The notes under the pieces were generated by a model. That model saw only the letters and a program-made list of their open reading frames with translations, made no database searches and was not told the DNA's origin. Positions 9,671 to 17,784 of a stretch of DNA of 64,000 nt are shown in pieces. Location of the stretch: positions 52,257-116,256 of the forward strand of contig JAZTWT010000004.1 in the NCBI GenBank assembly GCA_045636045.1, in the 5' to 3' direction. The translations under genes and the position numbers were made by a program. The stretch is from Candidatus Enterousia sp. (GTDB taxonomy: Bacteria > Pseudomonadota > Alphaproteobacteria > Rs-D84). Each line of letters opens with the position of its first letter. The first letter of the stretch is position 1.

Positions 9671-9699
9671 TTGTATTTATTCATGAATTATGATAAAAT
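9671..9699 (+). promoter_or_regulatory. Putative sigma70 promoter (TTGTAT - 17 nt - TAAAAT)
   Basis: -35 at 9671-9676 and -10 at 9694-9699, about 45 nt upstream of the 9744 ORF. Confidence 0.45.
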
Positions 9700-9743
9700 T
9701 TTACCCGAGAGAGTAAATGTAAAATAAATAACAAAAGGATTTT

Positions 9744-10115
9744 TTGGTGGCTACAAAATTTATACAAGTTAGTGAAGATTTTAGAAAGTCTGCGATTGCA
9801 ATGATTGAAAAAATAATTGCAGATAAAGAAGTTGTTCACACAGTAAGGGATGCAGACAATAACAGTTGGATAGAAGAATACACTATTCCTGGCACAGACA
9901 TAAAGGTAATTTTCTGGAATTTTAGACAGAATGCTCCAACTATGTGTGATTTATCAATAAAAGGTGAAGGTATTCGTACTGCAATCACAGAAGAAGTTAA
10001 TAAAATTTTCACAGCGTTTAGAAAACGTTATCAAGAACAAAATAATAGCAAGCATGCCGCAAAAGAACAAGAGTTGTTGGATATATTAAAAGGTTATATG
10101 GCAAAAGGAAAATAA
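9744..10115 (+). CDS. Hypothetical protein (about 123 aa). Start is TTG at 9744 or GTG at 9747
   Basis: Shine-Dalgarno sequence aaagga at 9734-9739, own promoter, and a bidirectional terminator after the stop. No recognisable domain. Confidence 0.5.
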   Translation: MVATKFIQVSEDFRKSAIAMIEKIIADKEVVHTVRDADNNSWIEEYTIPGTDIKVIFWNFRQNAPTMCDLSIKGEGIRTAITEEVNKIFTAFRKRYQEQNNSKHAAKEQELLDILKGYMAKGK

Positions 10116-10118
10116 AAA

Positions 10119-10147
10119 CACGCCCCAAACGGGGCGATTTTTATTTC
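10119..10147. terminator. Bidirectional intrinsic terminator (cgccccaaacggggcg)
   Basis: Palindromic hairpin with a T-run on both strands. It terminates the 9744 ORF (+) and tRNA-Thr (-). Confidence 0.65.
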
Positions 10148-10225
10148 TGGTGCCGGTGATAGGACTTGAACCTACGACCCCCTCATTACGAATGAGATGC
10201 TCTACCAGCTGAGCTACACCGGCGC
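10148..10225 (-). tRNA. tRNA-Thr (anticodon CGU)
   Basis: The reverse complement gcgccggtgtagctcagctggtagagcatctcattCGTaatgagggggtcgtaggttcaagtcctatcaccggcaCCA folds as a cloverleaf with a 7-bp acceptor stem, a U33-CGU-A37 anticodon loop, a GTTCAAG T-loop and an encoded CCA. Confidence 0.9.
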
Positions 10226-10290
10226 TGCGCAAGTGACTATAAAACATTATTAAAATAAATACCAGTGATTTTTTTAGATGTAATTTAATA

Positions 10291-10322
10291 AAAAAAACAC
10301 CGGTATTTTCCGGTGTTTTTTA
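10291..10322. terminator. Bidirectional intrinsic terminator (acaccggtattttccggtgt)
   Basis: Perfect palindrome with A-run and T-run flanks, immediately after the mnmG stop. Confidence 0.65.
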
Positions 10323-10328
10323 GTGAAA

Positions 10329-11999
10329 TTATGCCTTGATTTTACGCAAGACTACCATAATCCCGGCTGGTGTCATACCTGGGATTCGCGACAAACTGGC
10401 GATGTTTTCAGGTCGCGCGACTGATAATTTTTCAATCAGTTCGTTTGTCAGTCCTGGTAAACCAGTATACACAAAATCAGTCGGTATTTTTAAATCCGCG
10501 TCGCGTTTATATGCGGCAATTTCGCGTTCGTTGCGTGCAATATATCCTGCATAGAATTTATCATTTTCTGCAATTTTATCTGCGCGTGCAGCAAATTTCT
10601 TGTCAAAGTCCGATTGGGAAATCATTCCTAAAATCACGCCAATTGGCCCCAGGCGCGCAATTGCATTATCTGCGCGCAGACTTAAACGATACTCGGCGCG
10701 TGATGTAAACATACGGTATGGTTCATCAACCCCCAGTGTGGTTATATCATCAACCAACACACCAATCATAGAATTGGTTCTGTCTAATTTTAATTCATCT
10801 AACCCTAATGCGTACGCTGCGGCATTTGCGCCTGCGACCAGACCTTGGGCGGCGGCTTCTTCGTATCCAGATGTGCCGTTTATTTGCCCTGCAAAGAACA
10901 TGTGTGGTATATCCTTGCTTTGTAATCTATTGTTTAATGCGCGTGCATCAATTGCATCATATTCAATCGCATATCCATAACGTACGATTTCTGCGTTTTC
11001 CAGACCTGGGATTGTACGAATCCATTTGTTCTGAACATCGCTACCAAAACTGGTTGAAATACCATTTGGATAGATTAAATCGCTGTTCCATCCTTCGGGT
11101 TCTAAGAACACGTGATGCGATGTGTGTTCCGGGAAACGCATAACCTTGTCTTCCAGGCTGGGGCAATAACGCGGACCTGTGCCTACAATATCGCCATTAT
11201 ACATTGGTGCATCTTGAATATTTTCACGAATAACATTATGCGTATGTTCTGTTGTATGTGTGATATAGCATACAGAATCATAATTATTATTTTTATCCCC
11301 GTCGCTGAACCAATCGTGTGGATTGTCGCCTGGCTGAATTTCGCATACTGAAAAATCAATAGACTCACGTTTAATACGCGCAGGTGTTCCTGTTTTTAAT
11401 CGCAGTAATTTAAAACCTGCAGTTGCCAACGCACCAGAAATATTTTTATCCGGCTCTTGATATGTGCCATCATCTTGCAGGCGACCTGATGGTATTTTTT
11501 CTGTGCCACGTGTCACAACCCCCTGCAGGAATGTACCGGTTGTCAGAATAATTGCACATGCCTGGTATTTATTATTAACGATAGCGTTTTCTATATCTAA
11601 ATCTTCAACCGCTTCAAATATTAAATCCAGATTCTTATATTCTCCCAAAATATCAATGATTGCACTGTGATACAGTTCACGATCAATTTGCGCGCGCAAA
11701 GCCTGGGTTGCAGCACCATGGGTCGCATTCAGTGTGCGCCAGTGGATACCTGCCCTGTCGGCTGCGCGTGACATAACGCCGCCGAACGCATCTATTTCGG
11801 CCACCATTTGTGATTTTCCGGGCCCACCAATACTGGGGTTGCACGACAATGCGCCCAAATCAGATTTTGCCTGGGTTAACAACAGTGTCTTTGCACCGCG
11901 TCGTGCAGATGCAGCCGCAGCCTCGACCCCGGCATGTCCACCACCAATAACAATCACATCGTATTTTTGCATTTTCTTAGAATCTTCCCATACCGCCAT
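10329..11999 (-). CDS. mnmG: tRNA uridine 5-carboxymethylaminomethyl modification enzyme MnmG (GidA)
   Basis: N-terminal FAD motif YDVIVIGGGHAGVEAA and conserved MnmG blocks (GPRYCPS, LFFAGQINGTSGYEEAAAQG). Confidence 0.9.
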   Translation of the reverse strand: MAVWEDSKKMQKYDVIVIGGGHAGVEAAAASARRGAKTLLLTQAKSDLGALSCNPSIGGPGKSQMVAEIDAFGGVMSRAADRAGIHWRTLNATHGAATQALRAQIDRELYHSAIIDILGEYKNLDLIFEAVEDLDIENAIVNNKYQACAIILTTGTFLQGVVTRGTEKIPSGRLQDDGTYQEPDKNISGALATAGFKLLRLKTGTPARIKRESIDFSVCEIQPGDNPHDWFSDGDKNNNYDSVCYITHTTEHTHNVIRENIQDAPMYNGDIVGTGPRYCPSLEDKVMRFPEHTSHHVFLEPEGWNSDLIYPNGISTSFGSDVQNKWIRTIPGLENAEIVRYGYAIEYDAIDARALNNRLQSKDIPHMFFAGQINGTSGYEEAAAQGLVAGANAAAYALGLDELKLDRTNSMIGVLVDDITTLGVDEPYRMFTSRAEYRLSLRADNAIARLGPIGVILGMISQSDFDKKFAARADKIAENDKFYAGYIARNEREIAAYKRDADLKIPTDFVYTGLPGLTNELIEKLSVARPENIASLSRIPGMTPAGIMVVLRKIKA

Positions 12000-12705
12000 T
12001 TACATGTAATGTTTGTCCATTGATATACGAAGCCTCATCAGATGCCAAGAAAACGCATGCATTTGCAATATCTTCTGGTTCGCCAAAACGTCCGGCCGGA
12101 ATTTGGGCCAGGTATGTTTTCTTTAAATCGTCTGGTAAAACATCGGTCATTGGTGTTTTGATAAATCCTGGTGCGATTGCGTTTGCGGTGATTCCGCGCG
12201 AAGCAACCTCGGCTGCGATTGATTTTGTCATTGCAATCATACCGCCTTTGGATGCGGCATAATTTGCCTGACCTGGGCCACCGATTGTACCAATGATTGA
12301 CGCCATATTAATAATACGACCAAAACGATTTTTCATCATTGGCATAATTGCCGCGCGACACATCTTAAAGCAGGAACGCAAATTTGTATTTATAACTTCA
12401 TCAAATTGTTCATCTGTCATACGCATCAACAGTGTATCGCGTGTGATGCCTGCATTGTTAATCAGTATATCTATTTTACCTGCCCGTTCAATAGTGTCCA
12501 TAATCAATTCAACGGCGGCGCCATCAACGGCCAAATCTGCTGGGATTTTAATATATTCATCCCCAAATTCTGCATCCATTTTTGCCGTATTGCGTCCTGA
12601 CACAACAACTGTTGCACCGGCTTGTTTCATTTTTTTTGCGATTTCTGCACCTATACCACCTGTTGCGCCTGTAATCAATGCGACTTTACCTGTTAAATCA
12701 AACAT
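11977..12705 (-). CDS. fabG: 3-oxoacyl-[ACP] reductase
   Basis: Short-chain dehydrogenase with TGATGGIG Rossmann motif, NNAG and the YAASK catalytic motif. It is adjacent to fabD. Confidence 0.88.
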   Translation of the reverse strand: MFDLTGKVALITGATGGIGAEIAKKMKQAGATVVVSGRNTAKMDAEFGDEYIKIPADLAVDGAAVELIMDTIERAGKIDILINNAGITRDTLLMRMTDEQFDEVINTNLRSCFKMCRAAIMPMMKNRFGRIINMASIIGTIGGPGQANYAASKGGMIAMTKSIAAEVASRGITANAIAPGFIKTPMTDVLPDDLKKTYLAQIPAGRFGEPEDIANACVFLASDEASYINGQTLHVNGGMGRF

Positions 12706-12707
12706 GA

Positions 12708-13613
12708 TTATATCTCCAATTTTTTTGCCGTTATTTTATCTGTTATACGCGAACACAGTCCTGTTAAAACATTGCCTGGTCCAACCTCTATCATTTCTGT
12801 AATACCCATCTCTGCCATATTTAAAACACTTTCACGCCAACGCACACCATGTGTAATTTGATATACTAATGCTTCTTTAATTTCTGCTATATCTGTCAGT
12901 GGTGCGCATGTTTTATTTGAAATTAGCGGGACACACGGAGTGTTAAATTTTACAGATTCTATTGCTGCCTGCATCTGTTCGGCGGCTGGCGCCTGGATAC
13001 GACAATGGACCGGTACAGACAGTGCCAATGGCATTGCGCGTTTTGCGCCGCGTTCCTTGGCGATTTCCATTGTTTTTTCTACAACTGCACGTGCACCAGA
13101 AATTACAACCTGCCCTGGTGAATTATCATTTGCAACATCACAATCGGTCTCTGAACAAATTTCACGTACTGCATCAATATCCAGTCCCAGTAATACGGCT
13201 GTCATCCCCTGTCCTACTGGTACAGCGGTCTGCATGGCGTTTCCGCGCACGCGCAGCAATTTTGCCGCATCCCCAACAGACAATGCACCTGTTGCGCATA
13301 ATGCTGTATATTCACCCAACGAATGCCCTGCAACAAATTCTGGCAGTTTTGCACCACTTGCGCGCAGCATTGCGATTGATGTTGCCATAATTGCTGGTTG
13401 AACATTTGCAGTCAGTGTTAATTCTTCGGCTGGGCCATTAAAAATAATATCTGATAATTTTTGTCCTAATGCTGAATCTACTTCATCAAAGACTGCGCGT
13501 GCTGCTGTATTATTTTCATATAATTCACGTCCCATACCCACAGATTGTGCGCCTTGGCCCGGGAATACAAATATTGATGACATGTTTTGCCTTTTGTTAA
13601 AATCTAATGGCAT
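12708..13613 (-). CDS. fabD: Malonyl-CoA:ACP transacylase
   Basis: FVFPGQGAQSVGMG and the GHSLGEY active-site serine motif. Confidence 0.9.
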   Translation of the reverse strand: MPLDFNKRQNMSSIFVFPGQGAQSVGMGRELYENNTAARAVFDEVDSALGQKLSDIIFNGPAEELTLTANVQPAIMATSIAMLRASGAKLPEFVAGHSLGEYTALCATGALSVGDAAKLLRVRGNAMQTAVPVGQGMTAVLLGLDIDAVREICSETDCDVANDNSPGQVVISGARAVVEKTMEIAKERGAKRAMPLALSVPVHCRIQAPAAEQMQAAIESVKFNTPCVPLISNKTCAPLTDIAEIKEALVYQITHGVRWRESVLNMAEMGITEMIEVGPGNVLTGLCSRITDKITAKKLEI

Positions 13614-14158
13614 TATACTTTGCGAATACTAAATTCGCAACCGCAATAATTCTGACGATAGAAATCCGATTCACGGTTAATTTGTACGCGTAAATTTTCA
13701 TCCCACTTAATTGGTATATATTCTAAATTACCGCATTCTAATTCTGCTGCTGTATCAACTTGGGCTTGACTTTTATGTCGTGAAACCCCCAGGACACTGC
13801 CAATGGCATTATATCCGTTTTCACGTGCAAATTTAACTGCGCGTCGAAAACGATACGCAAAGCAGACTGAACATCGTGCGCCACGCTCTGGTTCCATCTC
13901 TAATCCTTGAACGGATGCACGCCATGCGTCATGGTCGTATTCCAGAACCGCATACTTTGCGCCAACGCTTTCACAGTATTTAATCTGTTCATGCATACGT
14001 TTAGTATATTCTGATTCTGGGAAAATATTTGGGTTATAAAATAAAACAATAAAATCTGAAATGTTTGGAATTAATCCATCGGCCAGTTGTCGAATGGCGC
14101 CCACGCTGCATGGTGCGCAACACGACAACAAAACCAATTTAAATTTATTATCTGACAT
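13613..14158 (-). CDS. queH: Epoxyqueuosine reductase QueH (DUF208 family)
   Basis: LLSCCAPCS plus downstream Cys residues are typical of QueH, about 180 aa. Confidence 0.7.
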   Translation of the reverse strand: MSDNKFKLVLLSCCAPCSVGAIRQLADGLIPNISDFIVLFYNPNIFPESEYTKRMHEQIKYCESVGAKYAVLEYDHDAWRASVQGLEMEPERGARCSVCFAYRFRRAVKFARENGYNAIGSVLGVSRHKSQAQVDTAAELECGNLEYIPIKWDENLRVQINRESDFYRQNYCGCEFSIRKV

Positions 14159-14699
14159 GTTGTAATAATTCTGTCATTGCAACTGGTATTTTACCAGTTT
14201 TTTCTGGGTATATTTGATTCAGATTTATATCGACAACAATATCATCTTTCTTATTTAACTTTTTCCACGCCTGTGATTCTTCTGTTGAAACGGTTCTTTT
14301 ACCACTCCATTTATTTATTGAAACTACATCGCGTGTTGAAGAATGTGTTTTAATTGCAGGTGCACCTAAATCATCTTCGTGTGTAACTGCTGGTGATAAT
14401 TTTGTACTTGGATTCTCTTTTGCAATTTCGCCAAGTGTTGTAATTTTATCAGACATGTAAAAATCACGAACATTTCTGTTAATTGTTTTTTCGGCGAACC
14501 CCGTTCTGGTATTGTACATTTCATCAATTACTGTAATTTGCATGGAATATACACTGCAAATATCACGAAACTTTTCAACCAGTTTTTTTATTTCGTCTGT
14601 ATTTGAAATAATCGCGTTTACCTGCATTTTATTACCATTCAGGCGAACTGAACATACCGTTCTTTTTTCAAATTTATCTGTATTTAATCTATCTAACAT
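14148..14699 (-). CDS. Hypothetical protein (183 aa), probably co-transcribed with queH
   Basis: Long ORF with an 11-nt overlap with the queH start. No domain recognised. Confidence 0.5.
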   Translation of the reverse strand: MLDRLNTDKFEKRTVCSVRLNGNKMQVNAIISNTDEIKKLVEKFRDICSVYSMQITVIDEMYNTRTGFAEKTINRNVRDFYMSDKITTLGEIAKENPSTKLSPAVTHEDDLGAPAIKTHSSTRDVVSINKWSGKRTVSTEESQAWKKLNKKDDIVVDINLNQIYPEKTGKIPVAMTELLQHVR

Positions 14700-14770
14700 T
14701 ACTATTATCCTTTATATTTTGGGTTGCTTATCATATCACAAGATAACATCCTTGCAACCATAAAAAGCAG

Positions 14771-14977
14771 TTATTTGAATTTCTGTGTTGTTTTATATGA
14801 TGTTAACATGCCCCAGAACTCTCTGTTCTTTATCCAAATATTACACAGTTCTGTAATTTTATCATCAGGTATAAAAACACCACATACATGGCATGCTCTT
14901 ATGTTTGTGTACATCCTAAACCCCAGTAAGTGTTTTTTATCACCGGGGCTTAAAATTATATGCTTACCTGTATTCAA
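14771..14977 (-). CDS. Possible small ORF (68 aa, TTG start) between metG and the 183-aa gene
   Basis: Same strand as the flanking genes and contains a CHVCG motif. The Shine-Dalgarno sequence is weak, so support is low. Confidence 0.25.
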   Translation of the reverse strand: MNTGKHIILSPGDKKHLLGFRMYTNIRACHVCGVFIPDDKITELCNIWIKNREFWGMLTSYKTTQKFK

Positions 14978-14986
14978 ATTAAAACC

Positions 14987-16978
14987 TTAATTTAATTTAT
15001 ATTCTGTGCCAACTTCCGCATTTGCCCCCAGGTCAATGATTTGATTACCATTATTACCCTGCCCTAATTCAGCCGCGCTGCACATCATGCCAAAAGATTC
15101 AACACCTGCAACGGTGCGTTGTGCCATTGGTTTTTTTGCGCCCGGTAATTTACAGCCCACCGGTGCCAGAACACCACGCAATCCAACGCGAACATTCGGT
15201 GCGCCACATACAATCTGAATTTTTTCTGCCCCGTTATTAACAGTCAAAATATGCAAATCATCGCGCGTCGGGTGATTGTTTACCTCGACAATTTCTGCAA
15301 CAACTGGTTTTGGCGTATTATCTTCTTTCTTTGGTGCGTATTTTTCGGTCAAGCGCACAACAGTTTCATCGTCAATACGATTAAACAGGTTTTCAGGTAC
15401 GATAAATTCTGTGTTATCCGCAATACGATGTTCGAATTTTTCCGGCCATGACGTGTCCTGTTTCTCGGCAAAGATATTCTGTATTTTTTCGGCCGTTCCC
15501 GGGATAAAAGGCGCAGACACGCGTGCATACAAATCAATCAGTTGAAAACAGTTGTTTAATACTGTGCCTGCCGTATTCATATCGCCATTTTTAACCAATG
15601 CCCATGGCTCCATTTTTGTCATATATTCATTACCAATGGCGTACAGACCGCGCAACGCCGTGATTGCCGCGCGAAATTCACATGCGTCCAATGCAGATGT
15701 CAGTTCAGATAATTTTTCATTAATCTGTGATTCTAAATCGGTATTTGTTGCCCCTGCGCTCGGAACATTATTACCAAAATTTTTCGCGGTCAGTTTGCAT
15801 ACGCGACTAACAAAATTCCCCAGCATACCATTCAAATCTTTATTTACAATATCTGCAAATCGCGCAATGGTAAAATCGTTGTCATCTGTTTCTGGGGCGG
15901 ATGCTAATAAGGCATAGCGCCATGCATCGGCTGGTGCTTCTTCAATCGCACTGTCCAAGAATATTCCGCGTTTTTGTGATTTTGAAAATTTCCCCCCTTC
16001 GAAATTCAAGAAGTTCATCGCCTTTAACATATCGACTGTTTTCCAGTTGTCATTCATCGCCAACTGTTGTTCTGGAAAGAATACGGAATGAAATTTGACA
16101 TTATCTTTGCCCATAAATTGTGCATAGTATGCATCTGGATTTTTCCACCACGTCGCCCAATTTTCGTTTGCAGCCTGTGATATAGAAACGTATCCCCATG
16201 GCGCATCAAACCAAACATAGAAAACTTTGTTTTCATAACCTGGTTTGTTTACCGGTATTCCCCATGGCAAATCGCGTGTGATTGATGTGTCGTGCAAACC
16301 TTCGTTCGCCCATCCGCGTGCGATTGCGGCCGCAGATTTTGACCATTTTGGCGCGTGCTGTGCCAACCATTCTTTCCACTTATCTTCAATTTTAGATGCC
16401 AAAAAGAACAGATTTTTTGTTGGTCGCATTTCGATTTTATCACTGCCAGAAATTGTACTGTGCGGATTCAGCAGTTCTGTTGCCTCATATGTTGCGCTGC
16501 ATTTATCGCACTGGTCACCACGCGCACCATCAAATCCGCATTTTGGGCATGTTCCAATCAACTGGCGGTCTGCCAAGAACATATTGTCATCAACCGAGAA
16601 TGGCTGAATAGTCTCGCGTTCTTCAATCAGTCCTTGTTCGTCCAGGCGTGAAAACAGTTCATGAATTAATTTTTCTTGTTTTTCTGTATGTGTGCGACCG
16701 TACAAATCAAACGACAGGTTAAAATCACGAACTGCGCGTAAATGTTTTTCATAGTATTTGTTATTGTATTCGATAACAGGCAAACCTTCGGCAGCGGCAC
16801 CAACAACGGCGGGCGTTCCGTGTTCGTCTGCACCACACACGAACAAGACATCACGTTTCATTGCGCGACAAAATCGTGCATAGACATCACTGGGCAGATA
16901 GCATCCAATCAAATGCCCCAGGTGTAATTCACCATTTACATACGGTAATGCAGAAGTACTCAAATATTTTTTTGCCAT
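14987..16978 (-). CDS. metG: Methionyl-tRNA synthetase with C-terminal tRNA-binding domain
   Basis: HIGH motif (PYVNGELHLGHL), zinc knuckles CPKCG...CDKC, KMSKS (KFSKS), and a C-terminal EMAP/Trbp111-like domain. Confidence 0.9.
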   Translation of the reverse strand: MAKKYLSTSALPYVNGELHLGHLIGCYLPSDVYARFCRAMKRDVLFVCGADEHGTPAVVGAAAEGLPVIEYNNKYYEKHLRAVRDFNLSFDLYGRTHTEKQEKLIHELFSRLDEQGLIEERETIQPFSVDDNMFLADRQLIGTCPKCGFDGARGDQCDKCSATYEATELLNPHSTISGSDKIEMRPTKNLFFLASKIEDKWKEWLAQHAPKWSKSAAAIARGWANEGLHDTSITRDLPWGIPVNKPGYENKVFYVWFDAPWGYVSISQAANENWATWWKNPDAYYAQFMGKDNVKFHSVFFPEQQLAMNDNWKTVDMLKAMNFLNFEGGKFSKSQKRGIFLDSAIEEAPADAWRYALLASAPETDDNDFTIARFADIVNKDLNGMLGNFVSRVCKLTAKNFGNNVPSAGATNTDLESQINEKLSELTSALDACEFRAAITALRGLYAIGNEYMTKMEPWALVKNGDMNTAGTVLNNCFQLIDLYARVSAPFIPGTAEKIQNIFAEKQDTSWPEKFEHRIADNTEFIVPENLFNRIDDETVVRLTEKYAPKKEDNTPKPVVAEIVEVNNHPTRDDLHILTVNNGAEKIQIVCGAPNVRVGLRGVLAPVGCKLPGAKKPMAQRTVAGVESFGMMCSAAELGQGNNGNQIIDLGANAEVGTEYKLN

Positions 16979-17202
16979 TTATTGCCCCTTAAATTTATCG
17001 CGAAAATTATAAAACATATTTTGAATAAATCAACAGTTATAAAAACATGAAAAAACAAACATGTATACTATTTTTGCTGTATACAAAATAATGGATTTAA
17101 TATGCGGTAAAAAAAACAACTGGACAGAAGCACACTGCTTTACATGGTGAACGGTATTACCAAAGATTTGCGCACATGCATGCGTAAACGCAAATTCTTA
17201 AA

Positions 17203-17236
17203 ATAAAAACACCAGCATTTGCCGGTGTTTTCTTAT
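17203..17236. terminator. Palindromic terminator directly downstream of tRNA-Val (GAC)
   Basis: acaccagcatttgccggtgt hairpin flanked by A-runs and T-runs. Confidence 0.55.
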
Positions 17237-17239
17237 TTC

Positions 17240-17316
17240 TGGTGGGTGGTATTGGACTCGAACCAACGACCTTTACGATGTCAACGTAACGCTCTAACCA
17301 ACTGAGCTAACCACCC
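17240..17316 (-). tRNA. tRNA-Val (anticodon GAC)
   Basis: Reverse complement gggtggttagctcagttggttagagcgttacgttGACatcgtaaaggtcgttggttcgagtccaataccacccaCCA. The anticodon loop is ttGACat, the T-loop is TTCGAGT, and CCA is encoded. Confidence 0.9.
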
Positions 17317-17386
17317 GAGCGTCAGCCATTATAACAAAGAAAATTATAATTGCAAATGATATTTATTCTGGGATATAATACCAATT

Positions 17387-17536
17387 GTAATAGGTGTCCT
17401 ATTATGCGAGGCTAGAAATCTCGCGACACACTCGCCTGCGCAGGCGTAAATTGCTCCAACCTGGGGTTGGAGGTCGGTTAATATATTGAATACCCGAGCC
17501 ACGAAGTGTCGTGATTTCTACCTCCAACCACCTATT
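17387..17536. repeat. About 150-bp nested-palindrome element (structured RNA or MITE/RPE-like element) of unknown identity
   Basis: Terminal inverted repeats taataggtg...cacctatta. Internal inverted copies tagaaatc.cgcgacac / gtgtcgtgatttcta. A perfect 14-bp palindrome cgcctgcgcaggcg. A ccaacc-tgg-ggttggagg...cctccaacc motif allows two mutually exclusive helices. Confidence 0.45.
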
Positions 17537-17571
17537 ACGGTGGTTTTTAATTTTTTTAATAGGGATAAAAA

Positions 17572-17757
17572 ATGTGTGTTGGGCGTGAAATAGAATCTAT
17601 TCGAAAAACATGCAATTTATCAGTTATTGATGTTTGTAATATATTGCATGTCACAGAAGATGAATATCATCACATTGTTTCTTATGATTGTTATCTGACA
17701 AATTACCAACTAATAATGTTTATATCTGCAACAAAAAAACCACTAAAATCCATATAA
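17572..17757 (+). CDS. Small XRE-family helix-turn-helix protein (61 aa), putative
   Basis: GREIESIRKTCNLSVIDVCNILHVTEDEYHHIVSYD fits the Cro/CI-type HTH pattern. A bidirectional terminator follows. The Shine-Dalgarno sequence is weak. Confidence 0.4.
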   Translation: MCVGREIESIRKTCNLSVIDVCNILHVTEDEYHHIVSYDCYLTNYQLIMFISATKKPLKSI

Positions 17758-17784
17758 AAAAAGCCGGTTTTTACCGGCTTTTTT
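17755..17784. terminator. Bidirectional terminator (agccggtttttaccggct)
   Basis: Perfect hairpin with A-run and T-run flanks between the HTH ORF (+) and accC (-). Confidence 0.65.

Noticed and set aside
17351-17377. Possible tmRNA tag reading frame: gca aat gat att tat tct ggg ata taa encodes ANDIYSGI*, which starts like alphaproteobacterial ANDN... tags.
   Set aside because: No tRNA-like acceptor or T-arm, no CCA end and no pseudoknot context nearby. The peptide lacks the hydrophobic C-terminal (L/V)AA that ClpXP/SspB tags require. It lies between a tRNA and a palindromic element and is probably coincidental.
17389-17540. Could the palindromic element be 6S RNA, SRP RNA, RNase P RNA or the tmRNA acceptor piece?
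   Set aside because: It lacks the conserved SRP domain-IV motif, the RNase P P4 and GGAAAGUCCGG motifs, any T-arm or CCA, and the long interrupted rod with central bubble typical of 6S RNA. Its identity is left open rather than assigned.
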